DNA of 63,452 nucleotides, the filler included, from Octopus bimaculoides (taxonomy: Eukaryota): assembly GCF_001194135.2 (NCBI RefSeq). It is 6 parts of 6 records of this genome, joined end to end, with 100 filler letters (N's around TTAATTAATTAA, not from the genome) between each part and the next. Parts side by side here need not be neighbours in the genome. Positions count along the whole stretch, not along the records: positions 1 to 14,352 come from NC_068985.1; positions 14,453 to 26,731 come from NC_068988.1; 4 more parts are not named here. The stretch is one strand, 5' to 3'. This document shows, one piece after another, positions 12,151 to 24,809 of the stretch. A program made the translations under genes and the position numbers. The notes beneath the pieces were generated by a model, which was not told the DNA's origin, ran no database searches, and worked only from the letters and a program-made list of their open reading frames with translations. Within the stretch, counting starts at the first letter, position 1. Every line of letters begins with the position of its first letter.

Positions 12151-12503
12151 NNNNNNNNNNNNNNNNNNNNNNNNNNNNNNNNNNNNNNNNNNNNNNNNNN
12201 NNNNNNNNNNNNNNNNNNNNNNNNNNNNNNNNNNNNNNNNNNNNNNNNNNNNNNNNNNNNNNNNNNNNNNNNNNNNNNNNNNNNNNNNNNNNNNNNNNNN
12301 NNNNNNNNNNNNNNNNNNNNNNNNNNNNNNNNNNNNNNNNNNNNNNNNNNNNNNNNNNNNNNNNNNNNNNNNNNNNNNNNNNNNNNNNNNNNNNNNNNNN
12401 NNNNNNNNNNNNNNNNNNNNNNNNNNNNNNNNNNNNNNNNNNNNNNNNNNNNNNNNNNNNNNNNNNNNNNNNNNNNNNNNNNNNNNNNNNNNNNNNNNNN
12501 NNN

Positions 12504-12556
<53 letters not shown>

Positions 12557-12580
12557 TACACATACACACACATTTATATA

Positions 12581-12745
12581 TACGACAGGCTTCTTTCAGT
12601 TTCCGTCTACCAAATCCACTCACGAGGCTTTGGTCGGCTGGAGGATACAGTAGAAATCACTTGCCGAAGGTGCCACGCAGTGGGACAGAAACCGGAACCA
12701 TGTGGTTGGTGAGTAAGCTACTTACCACACCTCCACTCCTGCGCC
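12581..12745 (-). mobile_element. SINE family A head
   Basis: Reverse complement matches 60750-60912. Confidence 0.85.
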
Positions 12746-12749
12746 TAAC

Positions 12750-12965
12750 AGTTATCTTTTACTTGTTTGGGACTGCAGTTATGCTGGGGTACGACCATGA
12801 CGGGTTTAGTCAAACAAATGAACGTCAATACTTACTTTTAGGCCTGGTGCTTATTCTGTTGGACGTTACTTACTGAACCGCTAAGTTACAGGAAAGTTAA
12901 CAAACCAACAACGGTTGACAAGCGGTATGTGGGGCCAAACGCAAAACACAATAGCAGACATAAAT
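12750..12965 (-). mobile_element. SINE family A-like 3' half, head-to-tail with the previous copy
   Basis: cttagcggttc..agaataagcacc..aaacaagtaaaaga resembles 53060-53293. Confidence 0.65.
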
Positions 12966-12995
12966 ATACATATGCGCATGTATGTATATATGGAA

Positions 12996-13088
12996 AAGAT
13001 TGTTGATGTAGACTATAAAGAGGAGCGGGCCCATGGCAGTCCCCCGAGGGACATCACTGGTGACTTCTGCTGGGCTTGAGGGGAATCC
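12996..13088 (-). pseudogene. CR1/L2-like LINE reverse transcriptase fragment
   Basis: GFPSSPAEVTSDVPRGTAMGPLLFIVYINNL, matching the VTSGVPQGSVLGPLLF..YINDL motif. Confidence 0.75.
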
Positions 13089-13117
13089 ACTGATCACAAC
13101 ATGTGTTCTTTTATGTA

Positions 13118-13184
<67 letters not shown>

Positions 13185-13920
13185 GTATATANNNNNNNNN
13201 NNNNNNNNNNNNNNNNNNNNNNNNNNNNNNNNNNNNNNNNNNNNNNNNNNNNNNNNNNNNNNNNNNNNNNNNNNNNNNNNNNNNNNNNNNNNNNNNNNNN
13301 NNNNNNNNNNNNNNNNNNNNNNNNNNNNNNNNNNNNNNNNNNNNNNNNNNNNNNNNNNNNNNNNNNNNNNNNNNNNNNNNNTATGGACATAGCTATAAAC
13401 CGAATCATACAACATACACAATAGCATGCAATGCCGCAAAACTAAGCACACACACGCACACACACACACTCATATTTGTTTAAATACACACGTACATGAC
13501 AATCCAGTTGATGTCTAACTTCCGATAAAGAAGCCCTGCTTAAGCTGATTCCGTTTCTTTTGCGGTCCTAACTGTAAATTTGAAATAATATTAAACCAGC
13601 AGTTTATTACAAACGTACTGAAGATTACCATGGGAAAAAAATACCGAAAATATATCTGATGTTGCGTAGTACATATTTCAACACATATCTGTTGTCTTAG
13701 ATATACAGGTGTCAAAAGAGTGGGTAGCCAAGGCCAGAATAGTATTTCTTATGTCTGCATAATCAGGGATAACCTGGAGTTGAACAACATACGGGCCTAA
13801 TTATAGTTGTTTAATTGTTTTGGATAGAAGCCAATCACGCTACGAATGTGAAAATTTGCAAGAAGACGTTTATGGTCCACTGCTTCGAAATCTTTATCCA
13901 GATTACAAGTTTATATATAT

Positions 13921-13950
13921 ACTAGCAGAAATACCCGGCGTTGCCCGGGT
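13921..13950 (+). mobile_element. Helitron2/HINE (Lep1-like) non-autonomous element terminus
   Basis: actagc followed by the short hairpin acccgg-cgttgc-ccgggt, after a (TA)n run. The other end was not identified. Confidence 0.45.
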
Positions 13951-14352
13951 TAAAGAGAATAATGAAATCTAAAAACGCCGTCTAGACTACTCAACCCTCA
14001 ACTGTTAGTAGCTACGATACCATATTTCTACATTAATAACTCTCCAATCCATGCCAGCATGGAACATAGATATTAAGTGGAATGCTAGAAGAAAGTTTTC
14101 AACTCATATGGATATAAAGTAAATACACGTACTTCAGAAACACGTTTTGTGTATTTTATTTCGTAACCAAACAAACAGGTACAGATTATAAATAATGAAA
14201 GGCCAATTTGGGTGATTCATGTGACAGAGGTAGTAGAGAGACAATGCGATGATAAATCTGAGGTTGGATCTTGAAAGTTTGGATGAATGCTGCCTCAATT
14301 AAATCTCTTGTGGTTCCAAATGATGTCATCTGTAGTACAGCGTCGTATTGTC

Positions 14353-14452
14353 NNNNNNNNNNNNNNNNNNNNNNNNNNNNNNNNNNNNNNNNNNNNTTAA
14401 TTAATTAANNNNNNNNNNNNNNNNNNNNNNNNNNNNNNNNNNNNNNNNNNNN
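14353..14452. other. Artificial scaffold join (44N-TTAATTAATTAA-44N)
   Basis: The palindromic 12-mer at 14397-14408 has stops in all six frames. The same spacer recurs at about 26732-26831, 50726-50825, 61015-61114 and 62194-62293. Confidence 0.9.
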
Positions 14453-14529
14453 ATTTTCTTTTTCTCTATTCATGTACATCCCCTTCATCCTCCCATCCTC
14501 TTCATCCTCACTTCCACCTCCTCCACCCT

Positions 14530-14710
14530 ACTTCCTCCCACTCCACCCTTCCTCCTCCCACTCCACCCTTCCTCCTCTCACTCCACCCTTCCTCCTCCAA
14601 TTCCACCCTTCCTCCTCCCACTCCCCCTTCTTCCTCCCCTCCCCTCCCCACTCCTCCTCCCACTCTACCCATTCCTCCTACTCTAACCTTCCTCCTCCCA
14701 TTACACCCTC
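14530..14710. repeat. ~20-bp pyrimidine-rich minisatellite (cttcctcctcccactccacc)
   Basis: About 8 degenerate tandem units seen. Confidence 0.8.
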
Positions 14711-14904
14711 CTCTCCTTTTTCTTCTACTTTGTACCATTCCCTCATTACTTTACATTTTTCATTTTAATCTTTGCATACAGTGTCCATCTATGAAACTCA
14801 CAGGAACATCCTATAGAGTCATCAATTTCCAATTATTATAAATAAATGAGAAATAATGTTTATCGCTACTTAAACATGGCTGTTCCATAGGAGCAAATAT
14901 ACCA

Positions 14905-15035
14905 CTATTTTTAACCCCAGGAGAACGCTTCCTCCAGCTGGTTATTCGATGCAATCTGCATCCAATATATATTGCAAGCAGGGGAGTAAACTCCTACCAT
15001 CTTCTAGCTCTAAGATCACCAGACTGTACCATTTT
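14905..15035 (-). repeat. Family F repeat copy
   Basis: Highly similar to 15650-15785. Confidence 0.6.
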
Positions 15036-15190
15036 GACCTCTTTCTGGTCATCCTTGGTGGTGGATATTTGTCAGGTAGAGAGAGCAGTAGTTCTCTCCA
15101 GCTCGCAATATATGGAGAACAAATGATACACAGTCACTGATCTTGTAACAAGCAAATTAGCTAGTAAGAAATTCTCTATAAGAGAAGTTG

Positions 15191-15572
15191 GTTGGCACTC
15201 CGTCGGTTACGACGACAAGGGTTCCAGTTGATCCTATCAATGGAACAGCCTGCTCGTGAAATTAACATGCAAGTGGCTGAGCACTCCACAAACACGTGTA
15301 CCCTTAACGTAGTTCTCGGGGAGATTCAGCGTGACACAGAGTGTGACATGGCTGACCCTTTGAAATACAGGTACAACAGAAACAGGAAGAAAGAGTGAGA
15401 GAAAATTGTGGTTAAAGATACAGCAGGTTTCGCTACCATCCCCTGCTGGAGCCTTGTGGAACTTGAGGTGTTTTCGCTCAATAAACACTCACAACGCCCG
15501 GTCCGGGAATTGAAACTGCAATCCTATGACCGCGAATCAGCTGCCCTAACCACTGGGCCATTGCGCCTCCAC
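15191..15572 (-). mobile_element. SINE family B, full length (tRNA-Arg-like head)
   Basis: Reverse complement aligns end to end with 46060-46445 and shows several CpG->TpG changes. Confidence 0.9.
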
Positions 15573-15649
15573 TATAAGAGAAGTAAGCAGTATCTATACT
15601 GCGAAGTAATGCTTATTGCCACTCAAACATTGTTGTTCCATAAGAACCG

Positions 15650-15785
15650 ATGTTACTGCTATTTTTTACTCCAGGAGGACACCTTCTCCAGCTGGTTATC
15701 AGATGCAATCTGCATCTGATATATATTGCATGCAGAGGAAGTAAACCCCTACCATCTTCCAGCCCCAAGATCACCAGACCCACTA
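15650..15785 (-). repeat. Family F repeat copy with an 11-bp stem hairpin
   Basis: tatcagatgca-atc-tgcatctgata at 15697-15721. Confidence 0.6.
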
Positions 15786-15879
15786 GCATAGCTAGAGTGT
15801 GTGCCACCCAGGAAGAATACCTCATACCATTTTGTATTGTAGAGTGGTATACATGAGAAGTGATATAACAAGTGAAGGA

Positions 15880-16370
15880 ATTTTTTGGTGGGTTTTGTTA
15901 TCTTTAGAAAGCATTCAATAAGGTTCCATGAAGTGGTGACATGATTATTGAGAGACACAAGAATGGAGGAAGGCTAATTAGTCTAGGTATGTCAAAGTAT
16001 GGGAGGGTGAGCACGGTTAAAATACTGGAACAGTGACAAGTTTAAAGAAACATTTGAAGTACATCAATATCACTATTAAGCCTATTACTATTTGTCATCA
16101 TAATGGAGATTCTAGCAGGAAGCATAGAATTTGGGTTTATCATGGGAGTTCCTGAGTGTGTATGATCTGGTATTCATAGCAGAATATAGAGGAAAGATTG
16201 ATGGAGAAGCAGAGAAGGTGGATGGAATATATCGAGGTAAAAGTCTTGAGCATGAATTTGGGAAAGACAAAAGTAGTGACAAGTAACAATGTATATCATG
16301 AATGGGAAAAGAATTGAGAAGTGGCTGTATGTATATTCTTGCTTTGGAGAGAAATTCCATTGAAATTAAA
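15880..16370 (+). pseudogene. RTE-clade LINE RT remnant
   Basis: Broken frames give LxKAFNKVP, SLLSLLLFVIIME, ..DLVFIAE.. and SMNLGKTKVV, i.e. the RTE RT motifs around YADD. Confidence 0.65.
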
Positions 16371-18339
16371 AATTCTAGTGAAGTTAAATCAGTCAGTAAA
16401 AATTATGGGATGTTACTTGCAGCTAAGGACTTGCAATTGCCTATAACTAATGGCTAACAGCTTAAAATTTGTCATGTTACTGGTAAGAAAGTGACAGTTT
16501 ACCTATCTTGTTAAGGGATACAGCAGGATATTGCAATAGTTGTAGCAAAGATTATGGAGAAGTATTAACTGCTAATGGCTTAAAATTAACCAGTAGAGAG
16601 TCCTGTGGCTGACAGGCAAATAAATGACAGTTGCATTTTCTTATTAAAGGAAGCAGTAGGCTGCTGTTAATGTGCAAATTCCTACAAGTCTGTCTTTCCT
16701 GTTAGTTTAATCTGAACTGGTATTTCAATGAATTAAAGTATAATATCCAGGAATGAATAAGTAGCAGTAAGCATTTGATGTATGGTTGTGGGTGTAAAAT
16801 GAAAATAAAAAACACAGGATAAAAGTTTTATTATTTTCACACTTGGATAAAAATAGAAATGACACTGAATGGATTTAATGTATTGAATTTGTTTCTCCTC
16901 TTTTCTTTACATTATCTCTCATTCTCGGTTTTCACCTTGTCTTTCTACTGTTGCAATAAAAACGGTTTAAGTCCGAAATGTCGAAAAACATTTTTATTTC
17001 TCTCTAATCCTGAAACTGATAATAATGACTTTCATATTATCTTCCTTGTCCTTATGTTGTTATTTCCAATTTACAGCACATACACACACGCATGCACATG
17101 TAAACAAGCACAAACATACTGTAAGCAAAAGGAGTGGTACACAATGCAGAGATCAGTTCCACTTAGACAAGTGCAAGACCTGAAAGCAAAGCGTAAATCA
17201 GAATGTTTGAAAGATTCAAGCAGTTTTATGGCAGAGGTCAGTCTTCATCAGAAACTAGACAAACAATTAGTAACAGCATTATCAAAATATGTAAGGCAAA
17301 TTGAATAAACCAACACTGACAAACCCATCAAATTGTGGATAAAAGAATTAAGCAGTCTTGATATAATGGAACAAGAAAATGCTATTTGTCTACGGCAGAG
17401 ATGAATGTATTATACTGCATGAAAATCTCTAATGAGCATATGAATATGCAGTCATAATGTTTTTGGAACATGCCATAATTTCCACAAATTCCAGTTGAAA
17501 TTTTGTCAACCACTGGATTTGTCCAAAGATACATGTTGAGATTCTAACTTCAGGCATAATATCACCATAAACAGCTCTTTCTAAAATTATTACGGAAAAG
17601 AGTTACAGGACTCCAAATGTCAAAATGTACCCAATCACTACCATAAATTTTAAACTGTTTTATGTGAAACATTTTATGCACTTCAAGACTATTATTTCGT
17701 AACTACAGATAATCTCTGAACCTTTTAAATTCTTTTGCTTATAGCTTTACTACATTTTCCTTTTATTTCCCAACATTTTGTTGTACTAAAATTGTGTATG
17801 CATATGTGTGTGCCACATCTGTTTATACATGCTTACATATATGTATACGTGTGTACATGTACATACTTATGTGTACAGATGTATATGTGTGTGTGAAGTA
17901 TGTATGTGGTATAGCTATGAGTTACTGCTGAGAGACTGACTTCTTCATATACACAGTGAACATTTATAGTTTAAAACTAATAAATTTTACTCCTTCCTTT
18001 TAAAAATGTGGTTTGTACATGATATCTGATATATGGCATACATTGCAAATGTAATGAAATATTGGAATTATTGACAATTAAATGTGAAACAGTGTTCATG
18101 AAGCAAGCAGTAACAGAAATGCATTGAAACATCGTACTGTGTCCGTATGCATTTTTTTCTTTAGACATCAAATGGTTATGTTTTTTTACTCTTTACTTTT
18201 GGTAAATTATATACGATGTATGGTTGTGTGTATAGTGTGTGAGGAGGTTTGAGGAAACTTAATTATCAGTATATTACACTTTTCAAACCAATTAAATGTT
18301 CTTTGTTATTTCATTCAGAGATGTTCCATGGTAGATAAA

Positions 18340-19130
18340 ACATTAACACAAGTAAGGAAAAGACATACAAGTAATCGTTGCTATAAGTGTGGATTTAGAA
18401 AATACTAACATTCAAAACGTTGCAAAATCTTTGTACATAAAATTAAGATGTAAATGGAAGCTTTTGGCATGAATATTTCAACTCTATCAAAGAGAGGGGA
18501 AAAATTCAAAACAATCGGATTCTATATATACACCATAATTCATCCAGTGGGTTAAAAGAAAATTGTTGATGATGATCCTGGAAAATTAACGAGGGCTATA
18601 ACCAAAGAACTATGTGTTGGAGTGGACTATCACAGATATGTGCACAAAGACATTTAATATAAGTTCTATGTACTGTGAAAAGGCTAATTCATGTCTGCAA
18701 AGACACAGGAAAACTGTCTGACCTGTTTCAGGTGGTTCCTTGATAAGGTTAAAAACATTCAGGAACATGGCATGCACTAGTTTTTCTCTGACGAGAAAAA
18801 CTTTGACCAAGACCAAAATACAAACAGAATAAAAGACTGATGGTTATTTTCATATCCTTCTGATGTCCTCAAAGTGATGCACTCTAAGTTTCCAGCAGGT
18901 ATGATGATTAGGAGTGGTAAAAAACGAAATTTATATCATGCCACCTTTACATATTTTCACATAGTTTTATAATTAATGCTGCTGGATATGCTGAGATGCT
19001 GGAGACAGTGAATTAAACTTTAGATGGATGAAGTATGCAGCAAAAGGCCCTATGTGATTTGACAACACTCAACACCTTCTCATAATGTCCATGTAACCCA
19101 AGACAACTTTACAATTATGTAACACTTGTC
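18340..19130 (+). pseudogene. Tc1/mariner transposase remnant (maT/DD37D-like)
   Basis: FFSDEKNFDQDQNTNR..VMHSKFPA..IMPP..INAAGYAEMLETV..RPYV..STPSH. The third D is absent, so the spacing is unverified. Confidence 0.75.
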
Positions 19131-19375
19131 ACAAGCTTATATAATTGTGTTCAACATTGTCGCGGTTGTGGATATTTATGTGTTAGCTAAAGACCATTGT
19201 CATGCAGATGGTCGTGCAGAAGAATGATGCTATATCCTGTTTACTTGAATGTAAGAACAAGCTAACTGCATGTAACATAACATATACAAAACTCGTAAAC
19301 AATCAACCATATTTTGTTGATAGAGAAATGGGCATATAAATATGCAAGTTACCACTGATTCAATGGTTATTAAAA

Positions 19376-19712
19376 TATTGGGTTGGCAACTAAGTTCCCG
19401 CCGCATTTTTTAGTTTTGGAATTTATGGTGTTTTTAAATTTTGGAATCTATTTTTTTGAGAATTCTATTTTTGAGTCATTTTGGAATCTATTTTGTTTCT
19501 TTCTAGTTAATTTAAGTTAAATTTTATTTATTTTCAGATCATTGAAATAGAATTCAAGTTAAGAAAAATGAGCATTTTCGACACCTTTCTTTTTGCTTTT
19601 AATCAAGGTTCTAAGGCCACAAAAGCTGCTCGCGACATTTGTGCTGTGTATGGAGAGGGTGCCATAGCTGAAAGAACTGCTTGTGATTCATATGCGAAGT
19701 TCAAAAATGGAG
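19376..19712 (+). mobile_element. mariner 5' end (TIR + N-terminal fragment)
   Basis: tattgggttggcaactaagttccc terminus, then EHFRH..FAFNQGSKATKAARDICAVYGEGAIAERTA..YAKFKNG. Confidence 0.8.
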
Positions 19713-19871
19713 TTTGAAGAAGAGTGATGAATCTTAAACTGATAATTTTGTGGTTTGAAGTTCGAATTCCTACACACTAAATCTGTGACATCCCAACACA
19801 CCAGGTTTGAAATAAATGAACTACTATGTTTGGAGTTTTGTTAAAGGGAGACAAATTAGCAATCTCTCAGT

Positions 19872-19927
<56 letters not shown>

Positions 19928-20718
19928 TGATAGACAGAAGATAGATAGACAGATCAAGGTATAAACACTCCCCCCACCACCACATATATATACTTGGTAT
20001 GGTTGTCGGATATTAAAAGCAACAAGAGAGCACCCTGTACTTGAAACAGATTTTATCATTTTGTCCTTTATAATTAAATTTTTCACCAGTTGTTTATTCC
20101 ACAATTAATCATAATCATGTGTGTGTGTGTGTATACATACATATATATATATGTACATACTATGTATATATATGTGTGAGTGCACATATATACAAATACA
20201 CACATGCACCTACTCATGTGTCCATCTGGTGCACAAAGAAGAAAAAAGATGACAGAGTACACGTAGTAGATATTATTTATTCATTTGAAGATGATGAGTC
20301 ACTCCATCATTGAGAATAGCAATGGTTTGAATGTTCATCGCTATTAAAAGCGAAAACACTGTAAGATGGGCGGCATATTTGATCCTCTTTCATTTTATTC
20401 TTTAAAAATTGTATATTATTAAAAATGTTGTTGATTATCTCAAAATGTAACTAAATAATTTTGTGACATATTTTTGGTACAAAACTATATAAGAGAACTG
20501 TGTTAGCCTTATATTGTTGCAACTTGTAAAGGAATGTAATTGACTGTGACAGATTGCAGCAGTTTTTAAGGCAAGCAAATTTGAGTTTTATTTATAAAAG
20601 AAATCAATCCCATCTCTTGTACAATTTTGTATGCACATATGTACATAATATATGTATAAATGTGTGTGTGTTTGTCTGTGTTTCAGTATGTATGTACAGG
20701 TGCATATTCATGTATATA

Positions 20719-20770
<52 letters not shown>

Positions 20771-20789
20771 TATAAGTTTGTATATGTAC

Positions 20790-21066
20790 TTAGTTTGGTT
20801 CCTGGACTGGACTGTGTGCTGTGTTCTTAAGCAAGACACTTTCTTTCACATTGCTCCAATTCATTCAGCTCTAGAAATGAGTTGCGACATCACTGATGCT
20901 AAGCTGTATTCACCTTTGCCTTTCCATTGGATATCATCAGTAGCATGGAGTTGGAAGACTGGTATGCGTGGGTGACTGCCAGTCTTAAATATACAACCTT
21001 GCCTGAACTTGTGTCTTGGAAGGGACATTTCTAGGTGCAATCCCATGACCATTCATGACCAAAGGG
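20790..21066 (+). mobile_element. SINE with head C and tail D
   Basis: CORE-like aagcaagacactttctttcac, then ttctaggtgcaatcccatg; reverse copy at 62882-63216. Confidence 0.7.
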
Positions 21067-21589
21067 TGTGTGTGGTCTTTACCCTATATATATATATATA
21101 TATATGAATCTTTGTAGAATTATAGACAGGAGATTCTATACCTATTCTTTTCGACATGTATACCTTTGTAACTGCTATCTGGTAATGAAACATGTGTAAA
21201 ATGGAATCAAAAATATACCAACTTTTACAGCCTTTTGTTTATGTGTGTTTATGTATGTTTGTATTATATCTGCATATATATCTATGCAATATTTGCAACA
21301 TAGATTTGACTGAACCCTTTTGTCTTGCAGGGGCAAGACAACCTCTATAGAAATAGTAAAACTTCATACATTGTGTGAAGTGTTTTTTGTTAGGATAAGC
21401 ATTCAGCTTTAGAATCTCCGCCACAATGGATTGTATGAGGAAGACGTGTTTCTCAAACCTGGTCCTCCGACTTTTCTAGGAGAGGAGTAACTCCAAATAT
21501 GAACTAAATTTGACTGTGACAACCTGTCCAACCTATAATTAAAAAATTGAGGTAAGTGCAGTGGGCATTACAGTCTTTGAGTCAAAGGA

Positions 21590-21815
21590 CTCATAGAGCT
21601 GGTCACTCTATTTCTATGGCTTGTAGGTGATTGAGTTCATAACACTATCCCTGGACAGGACGTCAGTCCATTGCAGGGTTACTCTTTTGCAGCTGAGTAG
21701 ACTGGAACAACGTGAAGTGGAGTGTTTTGTACAAGGACATAATGCATCGCCCTGTCCTGGAATCGAGAGCATGACCATGTGATCGTGAGTACGACGTCAT
21801 AAACCCAAGACCACA
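21590..21815 (-). mobile_element. SINE with head C and a MetaSINE-like domain
   Basis: Minus strand gtaaccctgcaatggactgacgtcctgtccaggga (21649-21682) resembles the Meta-domain motif AACCCTGCGATGGACT..CCATCCAGGG as I recall it. Confidence 0.5.
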
Positions 21816-22382
21816 TACCCTCTCCGTCTAGCCTACACCAGACATCGAAAACAGATGCAGAAATTATGATAGTGTTGGTTGTGGCCTTTGGGGTGGGTGT
21901 TTGTGCGTGTTTATGTGCTGACATTTGTGTGCATATATTTGTCTCCCTATATCTTCATATTGACACAACATAAAATGTCCCAATTAGTGATTTGACATGC
22001 AAAGCATATAAGAATGAACAACAGTTTAAAATTGGCACCAAGGAAAGGCTTCTAACTGAGAAATACCATCTCAAGAAGCTTCATCCAAAGAATGTCTGAA
22101 GATCTTTCAAGTGATTCTTTCCATTCTCTTGGATACTGCTTTATAACTGCATGTCCTGCTGCTTTTGGTGAGCTCTGCAACATATCTGACCCAGTGGAAT
22201 TTATCTTTTTAGTATTCCACAGTCATATCATTCACTTGAAGCGTTTCTCTAATCAGTTCATTTCAGATATGCTCCTGCAACAATATTTCTAGCATAAATC
22301 TTTCTATGTCCTTCTGTAGCCAGGCATTATTCTTTCTTCTTTATAATATTTCTTTCTTCTTTATAATATTTCATGTTTCACT

Positions 22383-22603
22383 TAAGAAGGGTGCTGAAAA
22401 GATCTTGGCTTTAAGTGTATTGTAAAAGATCTGGCTGGAGGCCCAACCTTCCGAGTGCTTTTACAGGGTCTAGAAAAACTGAAGGGCTGCTGCAATAAGT
22501 GTGTGAATCTGAGAGAGGGAATATATTGAATAAAATCAAAATTTACTATTCCTTCTATATTTTCTTTTACTCAAAGCCAGGAACTTTTCAGCACCCCTTT
22601 GTA
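22383..22603 (+). mobile_element. mariner-derived MITE
   Basis: ~28-bp TIRs (agaagggtgctgaaaagatcttggctt / aagccaggaacttttcagcacccctttg) with TA at both ends. Interior is a transposase C-terminus remnant (GLEKLKG..KCVNL..EYIE*). Confidence 0.8.
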
Positions 22604-22619
22604 CATATAGGAGCAGAGA

Positions 22620-23560
22620 TAGGATAGTGGTACAGAAGAGAATGGCACTCAGACTTGTCCAGATGTGCTTTGAGCACAGCGTTAATAAAAACAAACTCCT
22701 TCCATACTGTTATTACATAGTGCAAGATTTAAATGTTCAAGTCCCAGTATATATTTGATATCAAGCTAAAATATACACACTCCTTCATCACCTCATTTTC
22801 ATTACTTCCCATAACTACTCGATCTTGTGATATGCTTTCAGGCTGCATGTATTTCACTTTTATATGGTTTCTTTTGAGTCATATTACTGAACTCTGGGTG
22901 TCCAGCACTATCTACAACTTTTTCTCCATTATCATGATGTTGTCTGTGAATCAAAAATGTGTTAATGTTGATAAAATCTTTCCAATCACTATCTCTGATG
23001 ACCATTTTAGACATTTGATGAAACACTTTGCAGAGATAGTATCCCCTTGTTTGAAATCCTTTCCAACTTGAGCTGTATTTGATGATCACACTCACCTTAA
23101 CACTATTCAAAGTCATTTTGTAATCAATGAAAGTGCCTGATACACTTTTACTCATTCTGGAAGCTGTGTTAAGGAAAATATGTGATGTGACATGTTGTAA
23201 TTCTTCTGAAAACCTGCTTGGTCCTTTGGCTGTTGATTGTTGAAATGTTACAAGAGTCTGGTGACTATGAGCTTCATAAATAACTTCTTGCAGTGATACA
23301 AGTTATATATAGGGTGATAATTTTTTGGGTAAGTCCTATCACATTTCCTAGAATACAAGATATGTGACTCCTTCCACAATGAGAGTATTTTGCCTTTTAG
23401 ATATCGATTGTAATGTTGAATGAGGATTTTCCAAATTTTCTCTCCTCCCTTCCTTAACCTCTCCATTGTTATACTATCTTTTCTTGGGATGTCATCTCTT
23501 TTCATCTGAATTAAAGCATTCTCTTTTGCGTTGTTGAAATACTCAGGCTCAAATGAATGA
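22620..23560 (-). pseudogene. RTE-clade LINE RT N-terminal remnant
   Basis: ORF 23248-23574: ALIQMK..DSITMERLRKGG..WKESHI..KNYHPI..KLFMKLIVTRL; continues as FIDYK in 22838-23155. Confidence 0.65.
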
Positions 23561-23657
23561 GATATGAGATGCAATCAAGGGAAGAATTGATGGAAGCACA
23601 TTGTGACCAGTGATGTAGAAGGACATCTGATAAGCTGGTTGATAAAGTGATAGAGTA

Positions 23658-23728
<71 letters not shown>

Positions 23729-23848
23729 CACACACACACATATATATATAATTATACATACATACACATAAGTATATACATATACATATATATATGTAAA
23801 CTTGTACATATACTTATACATACAAATATGTATATATATATGTATGTA

Positions 23849-23886
<38 letters not shown>

Positions 23887-24649
23887 TATACATATTCATA
23901 TGTATGTATATTTGTGTATATATATGTGTGTGTGTATGTGTTGGTTGGTTGGTATGTATGCATGTGTTTGTATGCATGTATATGTCGATTTTATCTTTCA
24001 TCCTTCCAAGGTCGATAAAATAAACACTGTGATAGTACTGTGATCAATATGATCAACTAAACACTGTTGAAGGTGGTGCCTACCATGGCTACAGTCCAAT
24101 GACTGAAGCCAGTAAAACAATAAAAGTATACACAGCATATGATAGCATAAACTTTATCATCATGTTGCGTATCAAGATCTGATATGAATGTATTTGTTTT
24201 CTGATGCCAAAACCTATTTGATATGCTGCAATGATTACTCAATGGTTCTGTCCAGTAGTTTTAGTGACGACAGTGCCTCTGTAATTTTTCAGCTGAGAGA
24301 GGAATGTAATGTGTGATGGTGTTCATGCTATTTACAAAGACAATAGTGTAGGATGGTGCCAGTGAAATATGTGAATTAATTCTAACAAGAAATCGAAAGT
24401 TCAGAACTCATCAAAATGTTACAGAAGCAGCAATTATTTGTTACACAGTATAATGACCCTTTGAGATCTGTTATGAAATATATTCAGTTATAATTCCAAC
24501 ATTTAACAATTTGATATTGATTTCACAAACAGAGCAGATAAATCTCAAAACTTTGTTTTATAATAAAAATCCCTTATGTTATCTGTATAGTAGATGTGTT
24601 AATTATATGTATCTACAATATTTACTTTGTTTTTTAATTTATACAAGCA

Positions 24650-24808
24650 CAGACATAGCTGCATGGTAAGAACTTAGCTTCTTGACCATATGGTTTGGGA
24701 CTCAGTCCCACTGTTTTGGCACCTTGGACAAGTAACTTCTTCTATATCTTCAGCCAACCAAAGCCCTGAAAGTGGATTTGGTAGACATAAACTGAAAGAA
24801 GCCTATCA
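24650..24808 (+). mobile_element. SINE family A head, CpG-decayed
   Basis: ggcaccttggacaag..gatttggtagacataaactgaaagaagc. Confidence 0.75.
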
Positions 24809-24809
24809 T

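Noticed and set aside
16859-17308. 149-aa ORF as a host gene
   Set aside because: It starts in low-complexity T-rich sequence, crosses a CA-repeat, and has no recognisable domain or splice context.
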